Assembly (NCBI GenBank): GCA_036002925.1
Contig: DASYSU010000256.1
Span: 5,216 to 69,215, forward strand
Direction of reading: 5' to 3'
From: Gemmatimonadaceae bacterium
GTDB lineage: Bacteria; Gemmatimonadota; Gemmatimonadetes; Gemmatimonadales; Gemmatimonadaceae
Length of the DNA stretch: 64,000 bases
Shown here in pieces: positions 7,340-19,334 of the stretch. The translations under genes and the position numbers were made by a program. The notes beneath the pieces were generated by a model that made no database searches, was not told where the DNA came from, and saw nothing but the letters and a program-made list of their open reading frames with translations. Every line of letters begins with the position of its first letter. Positions within the stretch are counted from its first letter, which is position 1.

Positions 7340-10240
7340 TTAGTACTGGTACTGGACCCGCGTCATGATCAAACGACCGATCGCCGGAACGCCGACGAAA
7401 GTCGCGACTTTATTGTCGAGCAGGTTGGTGGCGTTGAGTGACCAGCGCGGTGAACCGGCGACCGGCAGAATCCACGAGAATCCGGCGTCGAGCAGGGCGT
7501 TGACCGGCACCGGCGGATATCGGACCGCTCCGACGGGAAGACCATACGAGTTGAACACGCCCGAGTTCACCGGGAACGCATCAGTGTACCGACCGCGCAC
7601 CTCGGCCGACCAGGCACGGAGTTGATTCTCGTAGCGGATGGTCGTCGTCGCTCGATGCTTGGCGGTGTTGGCGGCGAGAGGATTCGTTGCCGTGGCACCG
7701 GGTGCGTCGGGGAACACGTTCTTGCTCAGATTGGAGTACGTGGCGGCGACCGACCAGCCGCGATCGAGCAAGACGTCGGCGGCCAGATCGAAACCGTTCA
7801 CGTTGATCGAACCAGTGGCCTTTTGATATGAGTAGACGAGGTACGGCTGGTCGTCGAGCGAGTTCGTGAAAGCGGTCGCGCCGACGGGGATCCTTGCCAT
7901 GAGCGGCGTCAGCGCCGCTGCTGCTGCCTGCGCGGTCGCAGCCGCCTGGGCCGGTGACTGCCCGGCCGCGATCAATCCCTGGGCAATGCCGTTGCCGAGG
8001 AACGCGGCGAGCTGCACTGGATTGAACAAAACGCCCGGATTGATGATCTGGGCTGTCGGGTCCGCGGGACGCTTCTGGAACCACGCGTCGGCCGAGAAGC
8101 TCAGACGATTCCCGAGAAACCCCTTGTATCCAGCTTCCCACGTATTCGCGAAATCTGCGCTGAGCGGCGCGTAGTCGGTCACGCCGGCGACCGGGGTCCC
8201 AGAGTTGAGGTCCACGAGTACGGACCCCACCTGCGCATCGGTCGGACGAAGCCCGCGAACGATCGGACCAATCTGGGACAACAATCCCAGCAACTGCTGA
8301 CGCGCCGTTTCTCCTCCCGCTCCGAACGCGCTCACCGGAAGTCCCTGAACGATTGGAACGAGCTGCGATGCGAACCCAGCGTACGCACCGGCGGCCGACG
8401 CCGGCGCGAGCGTGCCGGGAATGTACGGAGAGCGCATGCACAGTCCGCCGCCCGCGCCGCCGGTGCAACTGCGCGCGAACGTCCAGCCTTCCTTTGGCGG
8501 ATTGCCAAGGATCTGCACTGGCAAACCCGGAGCCGGCGTTGTTCCTGAGAACTGATCGAGGAAGAACGAGAACGACGTCGGCGAGCTGTACGCGCGGTTG
8601 AACGTCAGTCTGAAAGTGTTGTTTGAATCGGGCTTCAGAATGAGCGCCGCGCGAGGGGAGAATTGCGATCCTTGAATGCGTGAGTTCGCATCGACACGCG
8701 CGGCGGCGAGGAAGTCGAGCTTCGGCAGCAGTGAGGTGGTCGTTTGCAGGTAGCCGCCGTACTCGTTGATGTCATCACGCGACTCGTTGCGTCCGTCGAT
8801 CGTGCCCTCCGTCTGAGGACGCGTCGCCAGATATTCGCCACCGACGACCAATCGTGTGCGGCCGATCTCGACACCTTGTTGTGCCTGCGTGGCCAGAATG
8901 CTCGAGCGATCGACGACCGGAATTCCGGTGCGCAAGTAATACGTACCGTTCGGATCCGTGCCGCTGCTGTTGCCCGAGTTCGACTTGTCGTAAAACACCT
9001 GCGCGAAGAACTGCTTGTGATGCAGCCGCTCTTGGAGATTGAGGTAGCTCCAGTTCTTCACCTGCGCCGCGCCGAACGTCGTCGTGATCTCGCGACCGCT
9101 GCCGATCAGCGAGTATCCGCCGGTGCTGATCAACTGCGTGTTCTCGGTCGGGTGATAGTCGAGCCGTGCCTCGCCCGCGTATTTGCGAAGATCGAAATCG
9201 TGCTCGACCGGCTTGCCGCGCCGCTCGGGCGGAATGCGCGTGTCGGTGCTCGAGTACACCGTGGGTTCGTTCGGATCGATGTACTTGAAGTCGGTCGCTG
9301 TCAGGTATTCGCCCGACACCTTATAGGCCAGCTTATCGTCCGCGAAAATGCCGGCGTTGCGCAGACTCGCGCGCACCATCGATCGTTCGCCGCCGTCCAC
9401 GGTCATCGTCGTGCCGGCTGATTGGAACGGCGACTTCGTGATCACATGGAGCACGCCGTTGCCGGAGTTCGGTCCGTAGATCGCCGCCGCCGGACCCTGC
9501 AACACCTCGATGCGATCGATGTCTTCGTTCGTTCCCGTGGCGAGCAACGGAACGTTCACGCGCAACGATGGGACGCCCGCGTAGCGATAATCCTGCAGCA
9601 TCAACATCTGCGTCGAGAAGGCGTTGTTGAATCCGCGCGAGACGATGTTCGCCTGCGCGATACCGCCGGTCGAAATCGAAAGTCCCGGAACCGACTTCAA
9701 ATGATCTGTAATCGTCGCCGACGGCCGCTCGGCGATCTGTGTTGCGGTGACGACCGAGATTGGGTTTGGCGAGTCTTGAATGCGCTCGGGCTGCGCGCCG
9801 CCGGTCGCCGTTGTGACGACCTGCTCGAGTTGTCGCGCGATGGGCGACATCGCGAGGACGAGCGACGTGGTTTCTCCGGAGCGCACCATGACGCTGTCGA
9901 CCGTCCTCGGCGCCAATCCAATTCGTGCGGTGACGGATACCGTATACAAGCCAACCGGAAGGTTCGTGACACGGTATGCGCCGTCGGCCACGGATTTGGT
10001 CGACCCAGATCCACCGCCGCCCGAGCGCACGGCCGTCACTGTTGCTCCGGTGAGTGGTTCTCCCGACACCTTTTCCGTCACGCGACCACTAATCCCGCCG
10101 GTTTGAGCCACTGCGGGCAGAGCGGCGATCGCAACAACGAACGCGGCGCTCGACGCGCGGCGGAACAGGCGTGGCTTCAGCTCGCTCAGACCACGTAAGA
10201 CCAATTTCGTTGACATGCACGGCCTCCAAGGAGGGAACAC
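7340..10240 (-). CDS. TonB-dependent outer-membrane receptor with N-terminal carboxypeptidase-regulatory-like domain
   Basis: Signal peptide present. CarboxypepD_reg-like segment (GISGRVTE...GATVTAV...ADGAYRVTNLPVGLYTV). Plug region (ISVVTATQIAERPSATITDHLKSVPGLSI). Long beta-barrel ending in an aromatic residue (TRVQYQY). The true start is more likely the MSTKLV Met at about 10216. Confidence 0.85.
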   Translation of the reverse strand: MFPPWRPCMSTKLVLRGLSELKPRLFRRASSAAFVVAIAALPAVAQTGGISGRVTEKVSGEPLTGATVTAVRSGGGGSGSTKSVADGAYRVTNLPVGLYTVSVTARIGLAPRTVDSVMVRSGETTSLVLAMSPIARQLEQVVTTATGGAQPERIQDSPNPISVVTATQIAERPSATITDHLKSVPGLSISTGGIAQANIVSRGFNNAFSTQMLMLQDYRYAGVPSLRVNVPLLATGTNEDIDRIEVLQGPAAAIYGPNSGNGVLHVITKSPFQSAGTTMTVDGGERSMVRASLRNAGIFADDKLAYKVSGEYLTATDFKYIDPNEPTVYSSTDTRIPPERRGKPVEHDFDLRKYAGEARLDYHPTENTQLISTGGYSLIGSGREITTTFGAAQVKNWSYLNLQERLHHKQFFAQVFYDKSNSGNSSGTDPNGTYYLRTGIPVVDRSSILATQAQQGVEIGRTRLVVGGEYLATRPQTEGTIDGRNESRDDINEYGGYLQTTTSLLPKLDFLAAARVDANSRIQGSQFSPRAALILKPDSNNTFRLTFNRAYSSPTSFSFFLDQFSGTTPAPGLPVQILGNPPKEGWTFARSCTGGAGGGLCMRSPYIPGTLAPASAAGAYAGFASQLVPIVQGLPVSAFGAGGETARQQLLGLLSQIGPIVRGLRPTDAQVGSVLVDLNSGTPVAGVTDYAPLSADFANTWEAGYKGFLGNRLSFSADAWFQKRPADPTAQIINPGVLFNPVQLAAFLGNGIAQGLIAAGQSPAQAAATAQAAAAALTPLMARIPVGATAFTNSLDDQPYLVYSYQKATGSINVNGFDLAADVLLDRGWSVAATYSNLSKNVFPDAPGATATNPLAANTAKHRATTTIRYENQLRAWSAEVRGRYTDAFPVNSGVFNSYGLPVGAVRYPPVPVNALLDAGFSWILPVAGSPRWSLNATNLLDNKVATFVGVPAIGRLIMTRVQYQY

Positions 10241-10390
10241 ACAGGCGGGCGTTACGCCGGCCGGAGGGGCAACACGATCTTACGGGGCGACGCGAGAATT
10301 ACAAGTACGTATTCTGTCGTAGTCATTGCCAAAAATCGTGTCGGCTTACATTTGGGCCACGAGCATTAACCGCGTGCAATCGGAACACTC

Positions 10391-11989
10391 ATGGTCCCAT
10401 CTTTCAGCCGCGACGTCCTGATCACGGCTCCGTCTACAGCGCACTCGGCGCGGGTCCTCACGCCCGAGGCCCTCGACTTCGTTCGGCGACTCCATCGGCA
10501 GTTCAATCCCACGCGCGAACGCTTGTTGGCGCGTCGGGATGAACGCCGCGAGCGCATTCGGCGCGGTGAGCGTCTCGACTTCCTCGCGGAGACGATCGGC
10601 ATTCGCCAAGCAGTCTGGCGGGTGAATCCCGCGCCGCGCGATCTCAACGACCGTCGCGTGGAGATCACAGGACCGACGGATCGCAAGATGATGATCAACG
10701 CGCTCAATTCTGGCGCGCGCGTGTTCATGGCCGATCTCGAGGACGCGTCGTCCCCGACGTGGGAGAACATGATCGAAGGCCAGCACAACTTGATGGATGC
10801 CGTGCGCCGTGTTCTCTCACTCGAGACCGACGAAGGCAAGCGGTACCGTCTCAATGCGGAGATCGCGACGCTCGTCGTCCGACCACGTGGCTGGCATCTC
10901 ACCGAATCGCACCTTCGCGTCGACGATGCCCCGGTTTCTGCGAGCCTATTCGATTTCGGGCTTTACTTCTTTCATAACGCCCGTGAGTTGATCGAGCGTG
11001 GCAGCGCGCCGTATTTCTACCTTCCGAAATTGGAAAGTCATCTCGAGGCTCGACTGTGGAACGACGTCTTCAACACCGCCCAGGACGCGTTGGACATTCC
11101 GCGCGGAACGATACGCGCGACGGTGTTGATCGAAACGATTCTTGCCGCCTTCGAAATGGAGGAGATTCTCTTCGAGCTGCGTGAGCACGCGGCCGGATTG
11201 AACGCGGGTCGCTGGGACTATTTGTTCAGCGTCATCAAGACGTTTCGAACGCGAGCGGATTGTATCTTGCCCGATCGAGCGCAACTCACGATGGCGGTGC
11301 CGTTCATGCGCGCGTATGCACGGCTCCTCGTCGAGACCTGCCACAAACGAGGTGCGCACGCGATCGGCGGAATGGCAGCCTTCATCCCGAATAGGAAGGA
11401 CGCCGAGGCCAACGCGCGGGCGTTCGCGAAAGTGCGCGAGGACAAGGAACGGGAATCGACCGATGGATTCGACGGCACGTGGGTCGCGCATCCGGATCTC
11501 GTGCCGGTCGCGCGGGAAGTCTTCGACCGCGTGCTCCGTGACACGCCGAATCAAACGGACAAGGTGAGCGACGTCCATATCGCCGCCGGAGAGCTCACTG
11601 ACTTCGCCGTCGCCGGCGGCGCGGTGACGCTCACTGGAGTCGAAACCAACATCGACGTCGCGCTGCAATACATCGAAGCGTGGCTGCGGGGCCAGGGTGC
11701 GGTGGCGATTCACAACTTGATGGAGGACGCCGCGACCGCTGAGATTTCCCGCTCGCAACTCTGGCAATGGATCCGTCACGAGGCGACGATCGCCGACGAC
11801 GGCACGATGAGCGCCAACGGCTACAAGGATGTCCGCGATCGTCTGCTGAAAACATTGCGCGCCGATTCTTCCGAAGGCGCGCGCTGGGACGAAGCCGCTG
11901 CGCTGCTCGACCTACTCGTCCTTGGCGACTTTCAGGAATTCCTGACTATTCCGGGCTATCGTTTACTCGACGAGCGTATCGGCAGGTAG
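10391..11989 (+). CDS. aceB: Malate synthase A
   Basis: [61 protein letters not shown] and [10 protein letters not shown] are characteristic of the roughly 530-aa A-type enzyme. Confidence 0.9.
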   Translation: MVPSFSRDVLITAPSTAHSARVLTPEALDFVRRLHRQFNPTRERLLARRDERRERIRRGERLDFLAETIGIRQAVWRVNPAPRDLNDRRVEITGPTDRKMMINALNSGARVFMADLEDASSPTWENMIEGQHNLMDAVRRVLSLETDEGKRYRLNAEIATLVVRPRGWHLTESHLRVDDAPVSASLFDFGLYFFHNARELIERGSAPYFYLPKLESHLEARLWNDVFNTAQDALDIPRGTIRATVLIETILAAFEMEEILFELREHAAGLNAGRWDYLFSVIKTFRTRADCILPDRAQLTMAVPFMRAYARLLVETCHKRGAHAIGGMAAFIPNRKDAEANARAFAKVREDKERESTDGFDGTWVAHPDLVPVAREVFDRVLRDTPNQTDKVSDVHIAAGELTDFAVAGGAVTLTGVETNIDVALQYIEAWLRGQGAVAIHNLMEDAATAEISRSQLWQWIRHEATIADDGTMSANGYKDVRDRLLKTLRADSSEGARWDEAAALLDLLVLGDFQEFLTIPGYRLLDERIGR

Positions 11990-12173
11990 GCTGTTGAGAG
12001 TAGCCGCGGACTCCGCGGAGCCAACGGAATACCGCGGAGTGGAAAACTGAATTTATTGCGATCCGCCAAGCCGCGCCTGGCGCGGGGCGAAGGATCGACG
12101 TCGGTCCTCCATTCATTCATTCCGTCGCACTCCGCTCACTCCGTGTGATTCCGCGGCCCCGCTGTTCAAATGA

Positions 12174-15101
12174 CTAGGGATCCAGCACGACACTCACGTA
12201 TGCCCGGACGCGCTTCCGAAACGGCGCGTCGAGTGACTCTCCGACGCCGAATTGCACGCGGGCGGGCGGAGTTCCGGCAATGGCGATCGCCGGAATGGAC
12301 GCCGACCAGTCGGCGCCGACAACTCGATTCCAGATCGCGAATCGCTGCCCGGCCGCCGCGGTACTCCCCGCGTAGAGATAGAGAGCTAATGGGCGCGTGT
12401 TGAGCGTCGCACGATACGCAAATGCTGATGAGCCGATGCGAATACCGCTGGGCAACACCGGCATGCTAAACCGCTGAGTGAGCAACGCGCGATCAATCAG
12501 CGGCGATAGGGCGCCGCCAAGTGAGAATTGCTCGAAGATGGGAGCGTCGGATTGGGTGCGTCCGTACGTCGCCGTGGCGACGACCGGCACCATGGCATTC
12601 CCCGACGTCGCGAGCGTCGCGGACGCGACGCCGCGACTGAATCGGTGGCTGAACGATTGTCCAAGGGCGACGCTCGCGCTGATTGATTCCGTGATGGTCG
12701 AATGGTCGCCGCGCTGCGCAAGCGACAGCGCACCGTCGCCGAACGCGATCTCCCGTCGACTGCTCGCGCCGTCGATCCGCAAGCTCGATGGGAGATCGAC
12801 GCGAATCCGACTGACCGTGCCGCCGAGTCTATAGCGGACTGCCCACGTATCGAAAGAGGAGCTGCCGTCCAGCGCGAGCTCAGCGCCCGCGAGACGCGAA
12901 TCAAGCGTGAGCGGGAGGTCGGCATCGGCACGGCTGCCACTCAGTCGCTGCGCGGCGTCGAAGAGGTTGAGTCGGAATCCTGGGCGCGAGCCGTGCCACG
13001 CAAGATTCAGTGCGCCGCCGCGCCACGCCGCCCTGTCGCCCGCGGCGATTGTCGCGAGGATGTCGCTTCGTCCAATGACATCGGTGCTGAACAGTCCGAG
13101 CGCAGCGCTTGCGCCGTCGGCGTCGAGCTCGGGTTGGGGAATCCAACGAAACACACGCGGCCCGAAGCCGAAGCGACGCGGCTCGCTGACGGTGTTCGCC
13201 GCGAAGCGTGGCTCAGTGATCGGAGCAGTCGGTACCGCGGGAGCCAGCTGCTGATCAAGATTGATCACCTCCGGGCTCAACGCCGGAACGGCGACGCGGC
13301 GGAGATCATACCCTCGCGAATAGAGCGACAGAAACCACACGCTGCTGTCGGCGGGATTTGCCTCGGGCGCAACGGCTGCGCCGGTCACGTGCGTGATGGA
13401 CGTCGACACGCGAGTCGAGAGGTCGACTCGTTGAACGTTTGCGACGCCGCCATCCTCCGAGACGAGGACGAGCGTCGACGGGTTTGCCCATGCGACGTCA
13501 TAGGCGTTGGCGCTGCTCGTCAAGAACTCGGCGCGCGATCCGTCGCGCAGCGAAACGATCGCAACGCGCCACCCGTCACCGGTGTGAATGGCGACCGCCG
13601 CGCGCGACCCATCGGGCGACATCCGCGGCCGATAAAACGATTGCAACGGCCCGCCCTGGAGCAGCGTGGTCACCGCACCGCTGCCAAGGTCGACCATCAC
13701 GAGATCGCACCATCCGCCGCGACATCGCGTAGCCACGGCAGATCGTCCATCAGGTGCCGGATCGGCATCGTGCAACGATGCGGCGCGTGTGACCCGAACA
13801 ATCGAATGTCGACGATAATCCCATATATAGAGATCCGGCACGAGCGATCCATCACCGCGCGACGTGTTGCGCCACAGCAAGATTCGTCCGTCTCGAAAGA
13901 ATCGAGGGGACTCGTACGGCGCACCGCCCGCGGCGCGGAGCGACGCCAACACCTTTTTGGGTGGTGGGTAGATCGGTCGCGCCGGGACGTCCTGCGGATC
14001 GCGCGCGAGCAGAATCGAGTCGCGCCGCGCTCGACTCGTGTCGGGCTCTGGCGCCGTGCCCCACACGATGACGCGCGACGGCGCCGTCAGCGAGCGCTGT
14101 ACGAGCGCGATCTGTCGCCCATCGCGCGAAATGGCGGGGTCTCCCGTGCTCCACGACAGACGCTGCACGATCTCTCCGGTGTCGCTCGGACTCCCCGCGC
14201 GGATCGCGCGCTCTGCCTCGAGCGAACGGCCCGTGAGCTCGGCGCTGAAGCGCCCGTACATTGCGCGCGGACTCTCGCCGAATACACCAGCGAACGCCGC
14301 ATCGAACGTGCGGTTTTGTCGGGCGCTGAGTCGCCGCCAGAGTTGGACAAGGCTGGAGTCGCCGTGCTGCTCGACGAGCCACTCGAGAAACGCCGAGCCG
14401 GCGAGATACGCGAACTCGCCACCATCGTACGCGCCCGATGCATCGAGTTGATCGTATCGCGGCAGTTGACCTTCCAACGACCACTGACGGAGGATGGCCG
14501 GTCGCCACGCGCCATGTGGTCGACCGGAGCCGGTCACCCGTCCTTCGACGTACGTCGCGTAGCCTTCGATCGCCCATCGTGGCGATCGAATGGCGATCGG
14601 CCCGACGTCGACCGGCAGTGTTTCCCACAGGCGTCGCATGAATGCGTTGCGCGAGGGACGGGTGAGATGCGCGATGTGCGTGAACTCGTGCGACAGCAGC
14701 ATCTCGCTCCAGTCGCGATACTCGCCGATGTCGTCGCGCGGATCCGGTGGCGTCGCCCAAAGATTGATCACCGGCCGATTTAGAAACGGCCAGGCGGATC
14801 CGTTAGAGATCGCATATGGATCGTCGACGACGATGTGGGTCCGGCGGACCGGGGCGTACCCGACGACCCGCGCGACCGCGGTATCGATGGCCTCGACGTG
14901 CGCCGCGATCCCCTGCGTCCAGGCCTCCAGCTCGACCGGATAGTGGAAGGCGAAATGCGCCGTCTCGATCGTACGCCAGTCGAGCCACGACCGGACGACG
15001 AACTGGCTCCAGGCCGCACTGGCCGGAACGCCGAGAAAGATGACCGCGAGCCCGCAACGAAAAAGGACGGGGAGCATCCCCGTCCTCGCGCGAGCAGTCA
15101 T
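12174..15101 (-). CDS. Large exported multidomain protein: peptidase-MA-like (HExxH), PD40/TolB-like beta-propeller, C-terminal beta-barrel-like region
   Basis: Signal/anchor peptide present. LLSHEFTHIAHL followed by PRWAIEGYATYVEG (peptidase MA_2-like signature). The middle has repeated ...SPDG/ISRDGR...-type propeller blades. The last 330 aa or so show alternating beta-strand character resembling an Omp85/surface-antigen barrel. This last call is made by eye only. Confidence 0.6.
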   Translation of the reverse strand: MTARARTGMLPVLFRCGLAVIFLGVPASAAWSQFVVRSWLDWRTIETAHFAFHYPVELEAWTQGIAAHVEAIDTAVARVVGYAPVRRTHIVVDDPYAISNGSAWPFLNRPVINLWATPPDPRDDIGEYRDWSEMLLSHEFTHIAHLTRPSRNAFMRRLWETLPVDVGPIAIRSPRWAIEGYATYVEGRVTGSGRPHGAWRPAILRQWSLEGQLPRYDQLDASGAYDGGEFAYLAGSAFLEWLVEQHGDSSLVQLWRRLSARQNRTFDAAFAGVFGESPRAMYGRFSAELTGRSLEAERAIRAGSPSDTGEIVQRLSWSTGDPAISRDGRQIALVQRSLTAPSRVIVWGTAPEPDTSRARRDSILLARDPQDVPARPIYPPPKKVLASLRAAGGAPYESPRFFRDGRILLWRNTSRGDGSLVPDLYIWDYRRHSIVRVTRAASLHDADPAPDGRSAVATRCRGGWCDLVMVDLGSGAVTTLLQGGPLQSFYRPRMSPDGSRAAVAIHTGDGWRVAIVSLRDGSRAEFLTSSANAYDVAWANPSTLVLVSEDGGVANVQRVDLSTRVSTSITHVTGAAVAPEANPADSSVWFLSLYSRGYDLRRVAVPALSPEVINLDQQLAPAVPTAPITEPRFAANTVSEPRRFGFGPRVFRWIPQPELDADGASAALGLFSTDVIGRSDILATIAAGDRAAWRGGALNLAWHGSRPGFRLNLFDAAQRLSGSRADADLPLTLDSRLAGAELALDGSSSFDTWAVRYRLGGTVSRIRVDLPSSLRIDGASSRREIAFGDGALSLAQRGDHSTITESISASVALGQSFSHRFSRGVASATLATSGNAMVPVVATATYGRTQSDAPIFEQFSLGGALSPLIDRALLTQRFSMPVLPSGIRIGSSAFAYRATLNTRPLALYLYAGSTAAAGQRFAIWNRVVGADWSASIPAIAIAGTPPARVQFGVGESLDAPFRKRVRAYVSVVLDP

Positions 15102-15135
15102 GATTGGTTGAGCCGCGAGACGCGTCGGCGACGCG

Positions 15136-15312
15136 TCAGCTGTTCGATTCTGTGCGGCGCGAGCCCAGGCGGTCCATCAACCATGTGGCCGGAATGACGA
15201 ACAGCGGCGTGAGAAAGAACCCAAGCAACGTGTTCAACCAAATCAGCGCGATGTAGAAGCAGCCGAGGCCAAGACCGACCCAGAGTGTGGCAAACGGACC
15301 ATGCGTTTCCAA
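15136..15312 (-). CDS. Candidate small two-TM membrane protein (58 aa, TTG start), not in the ORF track
   Basis: My own translation gives (M)ETHGPFATLWVGLGLGCFYIALIWLNTLLGFFLTPLFVIPATWLMDRLGSRRTESNS. It predicts two hydrophobic helices and shows GC-rich third positions. It ends 35 nt upstream of the 975-aa gene on the same strand. Confidence 0.25.
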   Translation of the reverse strand: METHGPFATLWVGLGLGCFYIALIWLNTLLGFFLTPLFVIPATWLMDRLGSRRTESNS

Positions 15313-15375
15313 GCGTGCGCTCCCGAGGATGAACGGAACGCCGGAAGTATAGTGGCCCTGGTCGGCGCCTTCCAG

Positions 15376-15391
15376 GGGCGCTCGAGCGCCC
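15376..15391. repeat. Perfect 16-bp palindrome GGGCGCTCGAGCGCCC nested inside a 7-bp inverted repeat (GTCGGCG...CGCCGAC, 15361-15407)
   Basis: Read directly from the sequence. It lies in the divergent region between the minus-strand 975-aa operon and tilS. Confidence 0.6.
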
Positions 15392-15421
15392 GACGTCTGC
15401 CGCCGACGCTAAGTTTCCAGC

Positions 15422-16732
15422 GTGAGTCTTCGTGATACGACGTCGGTGCGCCAATCGGTCGCCGCCGCGCTTCGCCCGCATGCGCGCGCGGTGTTGGCCG
15501 TGTCCGGCGGACTCGATTCGATGGTGCTGCTCGACGCCGCGGCGGCGTCGGTCCCGCGCGACCGGCTGGTCGTTGCGACCTTCGACCACGGCACCGGAGC
15601 AACGGCGACATCTGCCCTTGCACTAGTCCAGCGTTCCGCGAGCGCGCTGGGGATCGATTGCGTCGCGGGTCGCGCGACCGCAACTCTATCGAGCGAGGCG
15701 GAGCTGCGGGACGCGCGGTGGAGATTTCTGCGCGACGTCGCGGCCCGCGATGCCTGCGAAGCGCCGATCTGCACCGCGCACAGTATGGATGACCAAATCG
15801 AGACGGTGCTCATGCGTGTCCTTCGCGGCGCCGGCGCGCGTGGGCTCGCCGGTCTGTACGCGACCAGCGACCTCGTGCGCCCGCTTCTTCGACTCACGCG
15901 GCGCGACTTGACTTGGTACGCTCGATCGAGAGGACTCACGTGGATCGAGGATCCGTCGAACCAATCGCCACGCTACCTGCGAAACCGGATCCGTCACGAT
16001 CTTTTGCCGGCGTTGCGACGCGCGCGGCCAGCGATCGAGCGCGAGCTCCTGGCATCCGCTCGCAAGGCCGCCCGCTGGCGGGCCGACGTCGAGTCGTTGG
16101 CCGCGGAGCACATCGACGTGCGGCGAGTGGCTTCAGCGAACGGTTTGGATATCGCCGCATCGTCGCTTTCGGGATTCTCGACCGAAGCGCTTTTGATCCT
16201 ATGGCCGGCGATCGTCGCACGCGCCGGAATCGCGATTGATCGTCGAGGGACGGCGCGGCTCGCGGCATTCACCGGGCTGAGCCGAGTCGGCGCTCGAGTA
16301 CAACTGTCGGGCGGGTGGGATGTGATTCGCTCGCGTGACGCATTCCAGCTTCGTGCGTCGGGACACCGACGATCAGCCGAGGAACCACTAGCGTTGTCCT
16401 GCGCCATGAGTTGGGGCAGTTGGTCGTTTCGGCCCGCGTCGAACGAGTTAGGCCCTGATTCATGGTCCGCGTGGCTTCCGGTCGACCGCCCGCTCAAGGT
16501 TCGTTCGTGGCAGGCCGGCGATACCATGGTTGTTCGTGCGGACGGCACGGAGCGTAAGGTCAAGCGTTTCTTGAGCGACGCCGGGATCACCGGACACGAA
16601 CGGGCCGGTTGGCCCGTAGTCTTGGCCGGGGATCAGATCGTGTGGATTCCTGGAATTCGTCGCGGCAACGCGGCGACCGCACGGTCCGGCCGGCCGGGTT
16701 TAGCTTTCGTGTGTGAATACGTCAACCGCTGA
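15422..16732 (+). CDS. tilS: tRNA(Ile)-lysidine synthetase
   Basis: PP-loop motif LAVSGGLDSMVLL. Conserved tilS-hpt-ftsH gene order. GTG start. Confidence 0.85.
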   Translation: MSLRDTTSVRQSVAAALRPHARAVLAVSGGLDSMVLLDAAAASVPRDRLVVATFDHGTGATATSALALVQRSASALGIDCVAGRATATLSSEAELRDARWRFLRDVAARDACEAPICTAHSMDDQIETVLMRVLRGAGARGLAGLYATSDLVRPLLRLTRRDLTWYARSRGLTWIEDPSNQSPRYLRNRIRHDLLPALRRARPAIERELLASARKAARWRADVESLAAEHIDVRRVASANGLDIAASSLSGFSTEALLILWPAIVARAGIAIDRRGTARLAAFTGLSRVGARVQLSGGWDVIRSRDAFQLRASGHRRSAEEPLALSCAMSWGSWSFRPASNELGPDSWSAWLPVDRPLKVRSWQAGDTMVVRADGTERKVKRFLSDAGITGHERAGWPVVLAGDQIVWIPGIRRGNAATARSGRPGLAFVCEYVNR

Positions 16733-17263
16733 TCCGCGGCTCCTCGGGCGAGCTGTCCGTCGGATCGTGTACGAAAAAGAGCAGATCGCCGAGCGGGTGT
16801 GCCAACTAGGGGCCGAAATCACCGCGGCATATCCCGATGGCGATCTCCTCGTGCTGGGACTCTTGAAGGGGAGCTTTATCTTTCTGAGCGACCTGGTGCG
16901 AGAAATCAGGCGCCCGTTGCAGGTCGACTTCCTCGTGGCATCGAGCTACGGAGATTCGACTGTTTCGAGCGGCAACGTGCGACTACTATATGATCCAGAG
17001 ACCGAGCTCGAGGGAAAACACATCCTGCTGGTCGAGGATATCGTCGACACCGGCCGGACGCTGAGCCGGCTCATGGACCTGCTACAGGCACGGAAACCGC
17101 GTTCGCTCGAGATATGTGCATTGTTACATAAGCACGTCGCGGTCGAGCTGCTGTTTCCAACGCGTTTTATCGGCTTCGATGCACCAAATGAGTTCCTCGT
17201 GGGGTATGGATTGGACCACGCAGAGAACTTCCGGCACCTTCCGTATATAGCGAGCTTGCAGTA

Positions 17264-17264
<1 letters not shown>
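16713..17264 (+). CDS. hpt: Hypoxanthine phosphoribosyltransferase
   Basis: PRPP-binding motif ILLVEDIVDTGRTL, plus LKGSFIFLSDL and the C-terminal VGYGLD. Confidence 0.9.
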
Positions 17265-19243
<1,979 letters not shown>

Positions 19244-19267
19244 TTGGCTCGCTCGGAAAGAAAGGGA

Positions 19268-19302
19268 AACGGGAATCGCGAACGCGGTTCCCGTTTTTTT
19301 TT
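19268..19302 (+). terminator. Rho-independent terminator after ftsH
   Basis: A roughly 13-bp GC-rich hairpin (AACGGGAATCGCG / CGCGGTTCCCGTT) runs into a stretch of about 9 T residues. Confidence 0.7.
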
Positions 19303-19334
19303 CGGCCTCGGCGACAAGCCAATAGCTTTCGCTG

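Noticed and set aside
10241-10390. A riboswitch or regulatory RNA upstream of the TonB-dependent receptor, and an aceB promoter (TTGCCA...TACATT).
   Set aside because: The gap is too short for a cobalamin-type riboswitch and showed no recognisable conserved core. The candidate promoter hexamers are only 15 nt apart.
12702-14783. A 693-aa plus-strand ORF inside the 975-aa minus-strand gene.
   Set aside because: The composition is Arg-rich and low in complexity, and no motifs are present. The opposite strand has coherent peptidase and propeller motifs plus a signal peptide.
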